Assembly (NCBI RefSeq): GCF_018350175.1
Contig: NC_058368.1
Span: 99,698,001-99,762,000, forward strand
DNA length: 64,000 nt
Direction: 5' to 3'
DNA from: Felis catus
Taxonomy: Eukaryota
The notes beneath the pieces are model-generated. The model saw nothing but the letters and a program-made list of their open reading frames with translations, had not been told where the DNA came from and ran no database searches. The position numbers and the translations under genes are program-made. Positions 52,006 to 64,000 of this stretch are shown here, piece after piece (positions within the stretch are counted from its first letter, which is position 1; each line of letters starts with the position of its first letter).

Positions 52006-52241
52006 TTTTTTTTTAATTTTTGAAATGTTTATTTATTTTTGAGAGAGAGAAAGAGAGACAGAGCATGAGTGGGAGAAGGGCAGACAGAGAGAGGGAGATA
52101 CAGAATCCAAATCAGGCTCCACGCTCTGAGCTGTCAGCCCAGAGCATGACATGGGGCTCGAACCCATGAACCATGAGATTATGACCTGAGACAAAATCTA
52201 GAGTTGGACGCTTAACCGACTGAGCCACCCAGGTGCACCCC
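52006..52241 (-). mobile_element. Can-SINE
   Basis: Antisense body; TSD ctg(c/t)caaacatt. Confidence 0.94.
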
Positions 52242-54533
52242 TGTCAAACATTTTTTAGAGTGAAAGTTCTCTAAGACCAGAAATAGAGCTTGACGTTGAG
52301 AAAGTTTGTAATAAGCACTAGCTGAGTAACAGAATAAGCGAGGTTTTGGCAGGGAGGGAAAGTGGGAGAGAGAAGTAAATGCCAAAAAAATAAGTAAGTA
52401 GCAATTAGTATTGATGCTGTCACAATGGTTGGGAGGTGGCTGAAATAAAATTTACTGAATGACTCCTTCTGAAAGCAAGGCCTTGTGGTTTTTTAGGGAA
52501 ATTAAAATTGGTCTCTACCATTGCCAGAAGTTAGTAGTAAGCACTGGTTGATCATCTACTGAGTACACAATGTGGATGAAAGATCTGACCACGTGAAAGA
52601 TTCATTGAGGTAGAAGAATAATATACTTAGAATAATAAGGGTCCTGGGAAAGCAAGGGAGTAGAGTCATACTCTAGTTGTTCTCTTAGTTAATGCTGTGC
52701 AGCAAAAAAAACAAAAACAAAAAAAACAAAACAAAAAAACAAAAAACAAAAACCAAACAAACAAACAAAAACCATTATTGTATAAAACATGTCCTTTTTA
52801 TTTTCTTCATAGATTCTATAAGTTGGGGATTCAGGCAGAATACAATAGCAATGCCTTGTTTCATTCCATGATATCTAGAACTTCAACTGGGCATTATTAG
52901 AATAATACTGAAGTTAGAATTCTCATGCATTTGCCTCTGTATCTCAGGATGTTCTTTTTAAGATAATGATTTTTGTGCCTATACTTATAGGGTCTACTGT
53001 TCACTACTTCCCACTTTGTTTTCTGATGTTGATTTCTTTCACTATTCAGGACCACTCTGAACAGCTATCTGCCCTTGACATGAATAAAATGACTCTTTCT
53101 GAATACCCAGTAGTCATAGTTGGGAATGCTTCAACGGGTAACCAAGTAAAAGGGCCATTAACATTTGCCCACATGTACTGTGGCATTTTCAACACAAAAT
53201 GTCATTATCGTTTAAGCCCCTATGACCTCTACCATTTCCATTTTTTGCCAGTAATCTCTATGGATTAAATGGTCTTTCTACAGAAGCTGTATTAATTATC
53301 TCAAGTCATCTATTATGGCTCTAAGTGAAAGGGAAATACATATCTTCTCAGGAGCCTCTCAAGAATGCTTTGGTAATCCTTCTAAAGAATGCAATTTATA
53401 AAGGCACTGATTTATTTTTAATAGTCAAGTTCCATCCTTCTTTTGCCTTCTTTCAGCAAGGTTGGGGAACCTGTTGCTTTTTAAACATGTCCTTGTTAAT
53501 GTAATTTAAACACTGCAACTTTAGGAGTTGGCATTTTTATTCTGGTTGTGAGTCTTTATTGCCAGAGCATAATATAGGTGAAGATGTCCACTGAAGGAAT
53601 CAGGAAAGGCTGCTATTACTGTAGGTGAATTGTGAAAATATGCAAGACTAAGTAAAATACGGTTCAATTTATACAGAGTTTGAAAGGATGGAAAAAAATA
53701 AAGTAGACCAATCTTTTTCAGGAGGGGTCGAGTAGATGCCATGTTCCTTCTCTCACAGAACTTAGAGTCTCCTATATTCCTCTGCCCTGCTACCCTTAGG
53801 ATAATCAAGAAATTCTTATTTAAACATTAATAGGTGTCTTTTCATTAATTCAGATTTAATTAATGTCATCTTTCCGGCCCTGGCTCCAGAAGATCTTCCC
53901 ATTGGCCTCTCCCTTTCCAAGAAATAGAGAATAACTATGCACTCATCACAGCTCTTCCTGTCTGTACTGGTAAAGAGAATATTAAGATCTAAGCATCTGT
54001 CTCAACTGAAGCCTCTATCAGTAAAACATGAACCCAAAAGAATCATTCTCCCTAATTTTTTCTATCTTTTTTTCTATCTTATGACATGCAAGCCACACTA
54101 TCTCTGATACACTGGCCACAAATGATAAGATCAGAAGGTGGTACCAAAATCAAGGGCAAAGAAGCCCAGGCTGGACGTGAAGAAGGCTGCCTGTCTCTGA
54201 AGTGACTTGGCCTAAATTCTGCCCAATAGGGGTGCTGTATATGTAATGGTGATAAACTGACCCAATTCCTTGGGCTTATGACATAAAAATAAGCACCAGA
54301 CCATCCCCATCAGTTTGTTTCTCTAAAAGCTATTGTACAGCTCAATGCTGGGAATGCTCAGTTCAGGAGTGGTTATCAAAAAGGGGGCTATAATTTGTAT
54401 CATTTCTTGGTCCTTCATGGTCATTATGTAGCTTTGCAATAAGTATTGTCTCAAAGGAATCCCAAATAAGATTCCCCCTCAAAACCCTTAAGAGCTTAAC
54501 TAATGCAAAGTATTGATAGATTGATTAAACTTT

Positions 54534-55033
54534 TGTGATGAGTGTCCCAAAGACCACCCCAGGTTCAGTGATTCATCACAAGCCTCAGCATGTACACAAG
54601 TATAATTTATTACAATAAAAAGATACAAAACCAAAGCATCGAAGAGGAAAGGCATATGGAGCAAAGATGGGAAGAAACTTCCCATCTCACTTTTCCAAGG
54701 GTCCTCTCCAGTTGGACTTACACAGGATATGCTTAATTCCTCCAGCATCCAATTGTGACAACATGCGTGAAGTGTCGTCATTAGATCCTCAGCATCTAAA
54801 TTTTTATTAGGGGTAGGCCACACGGTCACATTCTACTTAGCGCACACCAGGATTCTTGACTCCTAGAAGGAAAACAGTTCTTCAGTTTAAGCCACATTGA
54901 TTGCGCAGTCTGGGTACAGGGAGCCACCTTTATTAGATACGGACCAGTGGGAATACTCCCCAAGTTCAAATGCCCAGATACAAGCCAAAGACCAACCTCG
55001 CAAGCCAAGTTTTCTAAGGATAGCAGTTTCACA
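54534..55033 (-). mobile_element. Solo ERVL LTR (MER68/MER77-like)
   Basis: ccaaagaccacccccaggttcagtgattc, gcttaattcctccagca, gacaacatgcgtgaagtgt, ccaacctcgcaagc...tttctaaggatagcagt. Confidence 0.72.
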
Positions 55034-57933
55034 TCCCCCCCTTGCCAGGTATTTCTCTTCCCTAAGATAAATGACTTCAGATTATTTTACACTAACTTTG
55101 AGAAGCTATATTCACAAATTGCTAATGAGTTTTGTTGATTACATTTAGCTTTTCCTAAGGTAATGGACACGACAATGCTTCAGTTATGGAAAATTAATTG
55201 CCATGGGTATGAAGGTAATGTGTTTACGTTTTATTGCTTTATACTACTTGAAGTAATGCTGTAAATGACCTATTAACTGTCCAGATGTGAATAGGTCCTT
55301 TCATATGTTGGGGGAATTTACCTTTCATATGTTGGGGGAAAAAATTAAAAGAAGAGTGGAAGGTCGTTGAGGCTAGATTGAGATGCGACTACAATATTTT
55401 AAATTAAAAAGGGCATTGAGTTTTAGCCAATTGGGTATACTAGAAGTGACTACTTTTGATTCATCTCTATTAAAATGTAAGAAAAATCCTCTAGTGGCAA
55501 AATTCCAAGCAAACCCATTCATGGAAATCAGTGATTCATATTAGCTATCTGGATTAACTGTGCTGCTTCCACCAGAAGACAATCAAGAACTAAACTATAT
55601 TCTAAGGGAGAATTAAATTAAAAAAATACTGTGCATTCGGATTAGAACAGATGTTATATTAGGAAATGCTGGATTATCCACTCAGCATAGAAAGTCTCGA
55701 CATTCCCGTTTGGGAAGAGCCACAGCAGTATAGTTAGGAATTATGCTGTCAATCTGAAAAGGAAATCACAAAGCCAATGAACACCTTCGATTTGAGTTCA
55801 GGGCTTGGCCCTTTGTGGGTCTCACCTCTACCCTGGTCCTTCACACAGAACCCGCTCCTCCACTATTTTATTGGTTAATTACTCTATCAATTACTTTTCT
55901 TAATAAGCTTAAGTTAGAATTTTTTGTTTGGGTCCAGTTGATGATTACAAACATAATTATTAATCCATTTTTAAGCCAACAAATTAAATGCTGTCTGAAC
56001 AACGGCAAAGTATTCTATCACTTTCTAAATGAAGAGAAACCATCAGCAGAGGAAGTTTCTCACATTTCTCTTTTAGCTTAACCTTAGTTTAGATGATGAG
56101 ACACATTCATGACAACAATCACTTCAAGAGCAGCTGCTAACTAAATTTGGGTTTACACCCTTGAATTCTTCAGCTCACTAGCCAACATTCTCCCTAACAG
56201 GTTTATAGTTTTTATTAGCATCAGAAATGTGTACTTTAGAATAGTACACATGAGCAGGGTAAGAGAATTAATTTCATAAAAGGACTTTAAGCCGAGTGAC
56301 AATGCCGAATAGCATTCACCAGGTACAAACAAAACAAAGCAAAACAAAACAACAAAACAAACAAACAAATAAAAACAACCCTGACTTTAGATTTGTGTAC
56401 CACCTCAGGACAGTGAGCACAATCCGAGATTATTTTTTAAACATTGAGCTAAACCACATACCAAAGCAGTTTATCTTTTTAAATAGTAACTATATGAACC
56501 TAGATAATAAGAGCTACTATTTTTCATTTTGAATGATTTCCTTCAGAAAAAGAAAACAATAAAGTGCCCTTAAAAGGTAGGCTAAAAAAAAACTCTCTAA
56601 GGTTACAATTTTAGTAGAGTGATCTGAAACTTCACAAAACAAAATTTGACTAAAAAGCTAAGTGCCTTGAGTCACTCACATGGTTAACTGGGACATTCTC
56701 TGCCTCTCATTCACCCAAATTCACCCAAATTTCAAGCGCCACATTACAAAATCTGAAATCATGTTGAAATAACACACATTATCTAAATAAAGCTAGAACA
56801 TGACTTTTATTTTTCTGTCTGGGTAGAAAACTGGTAGAAAACTGTCTGGGGAACAAATGGCCATTAATCTCATCTTTTAGTTGAATACTATAAAACTTTG
56901 GACGAGGAAGAAAGATATGGCAAATATTCCACCACCACAGATTTTAGCACTATTAATTGCTTTTTAGTTTGGGGAGCATACTAATCCACATTTCGGTTGT
57001 CCAACGACTCTAATAAATCCAGGTTCCAGGGCTCATATTCCAAGAGAGACTGAAAGTATCTTTCACATGCTCCAGCCCCCATTTCCTAAATCTTTCCCAG
57101 GAAAATACTCGAGTCCTCTAATTTATACAGTGGGAGCAATGAGTGCCAATTCTGGAAGGGTCCCGGTATCCATAGCCACTGTCCTCACCACCATAACTTG
57201 TGGCCGCCACCAAGTGTCACTGTGGACTGCTGCTTTACCCGGGCCCTGAGACTTCAGGTTCATACCTGAGAAGGGATTGAGAAGGGAAATCTCAATAAAG
57301 GAGAAAACAAAATGAAGTCAATGAGGAAGATAAATATGGTTTTGTAACAACTGCTGGAATGATTTGGGGAGTTAAATACTGTAATGGAAAATACAGTTTC
57401 CTAGAAAGAAATGATATTAGACATGTTGACAGGATGACTGTAGATATCAACACATCTTAGATTTCTCTGTTATTTACATTAGATTGGAAGCCTTGGGACG
57501 TAGACATGAGGAAGGGAATCTGCAATGGTGCGATTCACTTCACAGGGGTTTTTTCTTCTAAGTCTACCCAGAGTAAAAAGTTTGAACTTAGGCAAACATT
57601 TCTCCCCAATTCATTTCAGTTATAACTCTTTCCCGATACTAAGATTATACCTTGTGTCACTTATCTTAGACTTTAGATCAGTTTAACTATGGCTGTGTTA
57701 TATTTTGCATCTTTAAAACACCACCGTCTTTAATGACACAGAGGTAAAATCAGAATTGATTAATTTTTCTTTCTCCGTGTTATTGCTGCATATTCAAAAA
57801 AAAATTTTTTTTTGGTAAGCACATGATCAAATATATATTGTTTGCTTTGTTCTGAGCAGGTCTGTAAAACCCATTAAATTATCCTTATATAATTTTTTGA
57901 AAAGTTAGCTTAATCTTGGCTTTCTTCTTTCAG

Positions 57934-58018
57934 ACAATTACTGCTTTTATATGATGCTGTTCTTCTTGGCTTTGATTACGTGTTCCTCCTTCCAATTTGT
58001 CTATATCTTACTTCAGTT
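57934..58018 (+). other. Candidate exon encoding a hydrophobic TM/GPI-like segment (NYCFYMMLFFLALITCSSFQFVYILLQ)
   Basis: tttcttctttcAG acceptor, tt|GTAAGT donor, phase-1 start compatible with the 51133-51271 exon. Confidence 0.35.
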
Positions 58019-58314
58019 GTAAGTGACCAGAGAGTTCCTGCAGATCCTGCAGGTTCGTTAGATGTCTCATGATATGTTGTTAGTCATCAAAATACATTTT
58101 CCATGTGTCATTAAAATATAGCAACTTTTTCTTCAAGCTAAACTCCTCTTGGAATTTCTGGTCTGAACATCAACCTTTTATGGGATAAACACTTCCTGAA
58201 ATCTCCTTTTGGACGTCCAAGATATATGTATTTTCTAACGTATGTATATGTATTTTGTTCCAAGGTTCTGATTTCCTAAGTAATTCACCAATCAGGTAGA
58301 CTTTTACTTCTAAT

Positions 58315-58316
58315 AT

Positions 58317-58359
<43 letters not shown>

Positions 58360-58387
58360 TTTTGAGAGCGGGGAGGGGCAGAGAGAC

Positions 58388-58418
<31 letters not shown>

Positions 58419-58549
58419 AAGAGAATCTCAGGCAGGCTCCATGCTCAGTGTGGAGCCCAATGCTGAGCTCAATCCTACGACTGTGAGATCATGACCTGAG
58501 CTGAAATCAAGTGTTGGATGCTCAACTGACTGAGCCACCCAGGTTCCCC
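58315..58549 (-). mobile_element. Can-SINE with (TTTA)n tail
   Basis: Antisense body; (ttta)n 58316-58361. Confidence 0.92.
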
Positions 58550-59092
58550 ATGGACTTTTTGTATTAATTTAAACTATATACAGAGTCCAACTTTCCCCTA
58601 TTGCATCCCTAAAATATCCATGCAGCTCCTAAGATCCTGACGGCATGCTGAGCTCTACACCATGATCAAGTGTTCTGTGCAAAGCACCCTGTAAGTGACT
58701 CAGATATATGCCATCTATTAGAAGCAATGAAATAGAAAAAAATATTAAAATACTCACTTTTTTTCATTTGAGACTGCAATTCTTTCCCACCCACATGAAA
58801 ATATATTTCCTTGGCTACATATTCCTGGGAATGGATACAAGGGGATATACTACATTAAATCATTCTGCATAACTTGATTCCCACATGATAGATTTTTAGT
58901 GCTATGATTTTTGCCTAGTGCTGGGTCAAATATCTTCCCTAGCAAACTCCCCAGTTTGAATTCCAAGAATGGCTCAGTTTGAACTCTTTTTCCACAGGGG
59001 TTTTTTATTTTCCCATTTATTTCCTTTCTCATTATACTGTATCAGAAACTCCTTTAAGAGAATTAAGCTTTGATTAAGAACCAGGTCAGATT

Positions 59093-59291
59093 GGGGCACC
59101 TGGGTGCTCACTTGGCTAAGCATGTGACTTTGGCTCAGGCCATGACCTCACAGTTCGTGGGTTCAAGCTGCATGTCAGGCTCTGTGCTGACAGCTCAGAG
59201 CCTGGAGCCTGCTTCAGATTCTGTGTCTCCCTCTGTCTCTGCCCTTGCACTCTCTCTCTGTCTCTCAAAAATAAATAAACGTTAAAAAAAA
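59093..59291 (+). mobile_element. Can-SINE
   Basis: Full body; TSD aagaaccag(g/a)tcagatt. Confidence 0.94.
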
Positions 59292-59337
59292 GAACCAGAT
59301 CAGATTACGTTCTGCTGCAACCTTGGTAGTCTCTTTC

Positions 59338-61260
59338 AATCATTCCATCAACAAACATGGAATGATTATCTATTGAAACAGTACCTGTTATAGCTACTGG
59401 CATTACAACTTAAAATGGAACAAAACAAATCCCCATCCTCAAAAATCTTATTCTTTAGTAGGTAACAACACAATAAACAAGATTAAAAAAATAAACATGT
59501 ATGTTAGAAGGTAATGAGTGCTCTGAAGAAAAATAAAGCAACAGGAGGAATATAAAGTTGAACACATGTGCAGTTTGTGATGGAGTGGGTAGGTCTGGTT
59601 TCACTCAGATGGGGCCATGTGAGTAAAGATGTGATGGAAGTGAAGGAGAAATTCAAGTGAATGTCCGGGAAATGAATGTTTCAGATAGAGGGAAGGACAA
59701 GTATCAAAACGTTGGTTTGGGAATCTGATTGAAATGACTGAGGAAAAGCAAGGAGGCTGGTAGAGGTGGTGAAGAGTGAACTGAGATGATAGGTCAAAGA
59801 ACAATCGTGTGGAGCCTCTCTGTGATTTGTAAGGATATTAGTCTCATGATGTGGGAAGCCATTGTTGGACTTGATGGTCATGATATTATACCATCTAATT
59901 TTACTTTTTAAACAATATTACTCTGGGGGCTCTATTACAAATAGACCAAAGGAAGGCAAAGGGGAAAATGAGAAAAACAACAGTAGTACCTTGGGGCAAT
60001 GCATTAGTTATAGAAGTTGGGAGACATGGTCAGATTTGGAACATATTTTAAGGCAGAGTGACAGATTTTGATGACAGATAGAACATGGGTTATGATAATT
60101 TAAGTGAAAAGGATGCCTCCAAAGGTTTTAGCCAATGCAAATGGAAGAGGAAGTTGCCCACGATGGAGGAATAGAGTTTTGTGGGTGGTGCTAGAGGAGG
60201 AGAGACTTTTGAGTGTCAAGTTTGAGATGCCCATGAGACAACTAGCAGGAGATATTTGTGAAGTCAATTGGACATATTTCTAGAGTTGGGAAGGGAGGTA
60301 GATTGTAGAAATACACGTTGGATCAATTAACTTCTAGATGGATATTAAAAGTCTTAAGGCTTTATGAAACTCCCCAAGAAGTGAATTGTGAAGAAAACTA
60401 AAGGAAAAAAAAAAAAAAAAAAAGGACTGTATGCTGGGACACTCCAACATTAAGAGACCAGGGAGACAGGGAGATAAGAAAAAATAGATAAAGCAGAAAG
60501 AAAATAATGGCCTGAGAGGTAAGAAGAGAAACAGAGAGTATGGTATCCTCTAAGACAAGTAAAGAAACTGTTTCAAGGAGAAGGTAGTGATCAAAATGTT
60601 ACAGATAGTTATGTTACTTTTCTAACCTGTCAAAAGTTTGTCAGGCTGAGGGAAACAGTTAAGCTTATCTTGATCACATTAAAGGCCAACATGAATGAGC
60701 CACCATCAATTGAAGGTTAGATCTGTCAGTCCAGTTATGTATTTTTCTCATGCTGCAACCCTATGGGTTGTCAGAGGGTTTGATTTAACTAGAACTGTGG
60801 TTTCACTGAGTATAATTAAACAACAGAAGGACAAAAGAGTTAAGGACGCATGTCAAGAGGTGATGAAAATGAAGGACCATGAAACTTAAGGACATACAAT
60901 TGAGGGGAAAGGAGAGCACATAGGGACAAAAGGGACAACGAAATATTAGGAAGCTCACTGGTCTGAAGATGCTGACAGGCTGAAAGGGTTATGTGGATGG
61001 GGGAAATAGAGGGTGTGAACGGAAAAGAGAGACAGTGGTGGTCAGAGGTATGGTCCTTGAAACTGACAAGATCTGGAGGGTAACACAGGACAAGGGGCGG
61101 AGAGAGGGTGTAAGACAAGATCAGTGGAAGCAAGGAGGTTTGAACGGATAAAACATATGAATATTTAATCAACAAGAATAGTGTCAGGACTGACACTAGG
61201 GGAAAGGACAGTAAGCTGAAACTTAAAATCTTTAAGGAATAAGAAACAGTGACCTGAGGG
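59338..61260 (-). mobile_element. Long L2 fragment (3' end at left)
   Basis: cattccatcaacaaaca terminus, tgggaagccattg, gagacatggtcagatttggaacatattttaaggcagag, aagtttgagatgccca; purine-rich plus strand. Confidence 0.75.
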
Positions 61261-62763
61261 CAAGATGGATCATAAATTAAATTTAAAATAGAGGCAATTC
61301 TTTTTTGCTAGAGCCCAGAGCTTCACCATACAATGGAATGAGTAGTTGCTAAAATGTAAAACATCAGTCCCTCGAGTAAATTCGTTAAACAAAATACTTT
61401 AAGAAAATATATCAAGATGTTTATTTCTTTGGATAAAAGATTGTGAATGACTTTAATTTTCTTCTTTGTTCCTTTATGTATTTTCTTAACTCAACCACAA
61501 ATGAGAACAAAATACTTTTCTAATCAGGAAATAGTAAGTGAGGAAGGAAAGAAAGCAAATAATTACATTTTCTGATATGTCATTGTGACTAAATCAAGTT
61601 ACTTTGTGATCACTAACTTGGTAAATTATTGTTCTTCCCTTTGAAAAATAAACAAATTATTCAATACCAGTTTCCATTTTATAAGTATTTCCACTCATTA
61701 TTTTCCATGATCTCAAGAGGAAATTAAGCCTGGCATACTTCGGAGCTGTGGTTAGGGCATGATGCTATTCCCCTGAAAGTCCTATTTAAAATACTTCTAT
61801 AGCCAAACTGAAAAAATTCCTTCCTGAGAGCCGATTTTGAGGCCAATATATACATATTTTAAAACTTGGGAAACCATATGGTATTTCAATTTCCAGGAAA
61901 CTTTGACAGTAAGCTTACTCTCCGTGAACCCAAATCACAGAATTCCAGCTTCCCTGCCTGGCCTACATTACTGGCCTTTACAATTAAACCTCAAGCCAAT
62001 GGCTAACTGCTCCTTTTGAGAAGGATCCATAGTCTGGCTTTCTAAAACCATTTTCCTTTAACGTTTTGTTTAGTAAGTTTCTTTAGGCAAGTTCTTTGTC
62101 ATATATCTCACAGTTGTGGCTCATAAGCAAGAATTAAAATAATATAAGCAGCTAGGAGCCTTTTTTATATTTATTCTCAACCTGATAACATAATTGGGAG
62201 CCATTCTTTAAAACAGTGATATGGCAATAATAATGTTCATCCATTTTCACTTGGTGTCAGACACTCCCCACAAAAATTAATTAAATGCTTCCATGAACTC
62301 CGACTGCCACATTTTCTTTAGGGTCCTAATTAAAAAGCCATTATTAAAAAAAAAACGAATGCATTAAGCTTTCAACCTGGCAGTGAAATACTGACAAGTT
62401 TTTTTATGAAAGACTTACAGATGAGCCAGCGAGTCAACCCCGTCTGCACATGTTCCAAAATGAGTTCATTCTGCCCTTGCCTCTGCTCCCGACGAAGTCA
62501 TCTCTTTACAAGTGTTACATTTCATCTCTCTGAATTTGCTAGAGGTTCTTCAAAGAGTTTTTGCAAACGTTTACTCAATGTATTGGCAAAGCTTCGGTAG
62601 GGTCGACGAGGGAAGTAAGACTTGAATATCCGATTTTAGATCTAAAATATTCCTTGTTTTACATCCTGACATTAAATCAATGCAACGTAAAAAGTCAGCA
62701 AGGCGTGTCCTCTTTACTTACAAAGCCTGCTCAAAATTATGTTTTCTGACGGTACTTTCTTAC

Positions 62764-62852
62764 CTCTTGATTGGTATTACTCTGGACAATATAACTGGTA
62801 TTGCTTTGCAAAAGCTTGCTTCTCCTCAGCAGTAACTTCTAGAGTATCAAGT
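62764..62852 (-). other. Candidate minus-strand exon (LDTLEVTAEEKQAFAKQYQLYCPE*)
   Basis: ttagctttacAG acceptor, gag|GTAAGA donor; protein not recognised. Confidence 0.25.
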
Positions 62853-62924
62853 CTGTAAAGCTAAGCTAAAAATCCAGATTTTGTAATAGGACTTTGCTAC
62901 AAATAACTGGAAGCCTCCAGGAAG

Positions 62925-62933
62925 TGTATGTGT

Positions 62934-62965
<32 letters not shown>
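62925..62965. repeat. (GT)n microsatellite
   Basis: Direct reading. Confidence 0.95.
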
Positions 62966-63003
62966 ATTATATACATTTTTTTTAAGATTAAAAAAAATTT
63001 TTT

Positions 63004-63219
63004 GGGGGGCGCCTGGGTGGCGCAGTCGGTTAAGCGTCCGACTTCAGCCAGGTCACGATCTCACGGTACGTGAGTTCGAGCCCCGCGTCGGGCTCTGTGC
63101 TGACGGCTCAGAGCCTGGAGCCTGCTTCCGATTCTGTGTCTCCCTTGCTCTCTGCCCCTCCCTGGCTCATGCTCTGTCTCTCTCTGTCTCAAAAATAAAT
63201 AAACGTTGAAAAAAAAAAA
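63004..63219 (+). mobile_element. Can-SINE (left arm of inverted pair)
   Basis: Full CpG-rich body, young-type tail aaacgttgaaaa; TSD aagattaaaaaaa(a)tttttt. Confidence 0.96.
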
Positions 63220-63230
63220 GATTAAAAAAA

Positions 63231-63443
63231 TTTTTTTAATGTTTTAATTTTTATTTTTGAGACAGAGAGAGACAGAGCATGAGCCAGGGAGGGGCAGAGA
63301 GCAAGGGAGACACAGAATCGGAAGCAGGCTCCAGGCTCTGAGCCGTCAGCACAGAGCCCGACGCGGGGCTCGAACTCACGTACCGTGAGATCGTGACCTG
63401 GCTGAAGTCGGACGCTTAACCGACTGCGCCACCCAGGTGCCCC
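63231..63443 (-). mobile_element. Can-SINE (right arm of inverted pair)
   Basis: Antisense body identical to the left arm except one base; older-type tail aaaacattaaaa. Confidence 0.96.
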
Positions 63444-64000
63444 TATATTATAAAAAGTTTTATTGTAACATGACAAAACTTGCCTACGTGGCATCATTTT
63501 TGTAGACAAATTGAAACTTGAAACAATACATTTGTAGTGTCCCCTAGTGTACCTTGAGCCATATTTCTCATTCACGATTTGCAAATCAAGAATACAAAGC
63601 CTAAACATAGTTATGTGAAAATGGTAATTAAAGACAATTAAAATTTTAAATTTTAGTTTTGATTAAAATTTTAATTAAAATGAATCTTATTAATTTTAAT
63701 AAAAAAATTAAAGATAATCCTTTACTTATACAGAGTAGAGAAACATCTAATTTTTTTTTCTTTCCAGTGGGGAGGGCTGTGTCACAGTTTAAAAAACAAG
63801 ATGTCATGCAATCCCAGAACTCTAAGCACCATTCTTTGCAAGAAGTGTAGACTTGAATTATCCTTTGTTTGGGAAAAAAATTAAAGTAATAATAAAAGAG
63901 TTTGTCTGGAAGGTGAGCAGATTTGCAACTATTTGGACCCTATAACCTTGACATATTTCTTGTATGGCTCCTTTCCTCCCTGTATCTGTATAGTACTGTT

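Noticed and set aside
57925..58170. Minus-strand protein-like frame DQKFQEEFSLKKKLLYFNDTWKMYFDD*QHIMRHL…
   Set aside because: Multiple stops and no identifiable family; it overlaps the better-supported plus-strand candidate exon.
1022..63608. Recurrent ORFs of type MAQSVKRLT…/GAPGWRSRL…/…SEPGACFRFCVSLS
   Set aside because: Translations of Can-SINE copies, not a gene family.
1..64000. CRISPR arrays, operons or prokaryotic defence systems
   Set aside because: The sequence is mammalian; repeats are dispersed SINEs and microsatellites without repeat-spacer periodicity.

Overview
This is AT-rich mammalian nuclear DNA from a felid, identified by about 33 tRNA-derived Can-SINEs, including a young SINEC_Fc-type copy at 42988. 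The window is mostly transposon-derived. It holds a decayed, nearly full-length L1 (~38.9-48.0 kb) that carries a nested carnivore L1 3' end, a Tigger2a DNA transposon and SINEs. It also has older L1/L2/MIR fragments, several solo LTRs and many microsatellites. I could not confidently identify any known protein-coding gene, RNA gene, CRISPR array or CpG island; most ORF-track ORFs are SINE, L1 or microsatellite artefacts. Repeat subfamily names are from memory of consensus sequences and boundaries are approximate. The main observations are: (1) a phase-compatible chain of plus-strand candidate exons (33.1-58.0 kb) reading as signal peptide + degenerate V-type Ig domain + hydrophobic anchor, possibly an unannotated or decayed Ig-superfamily gene; (2) a tail-to-tail SINE pair forming a 194-bp near-perfect hairpin whose shared sequence mixes old and young subfamily states, suggesting gene conversion or an assembly artefact; (3) a SINE that appears to carry a ~95-nt 3' read-through transduction inside its target-site duplication (TSD); (4) a twin-primed, 5'-inverted L1.
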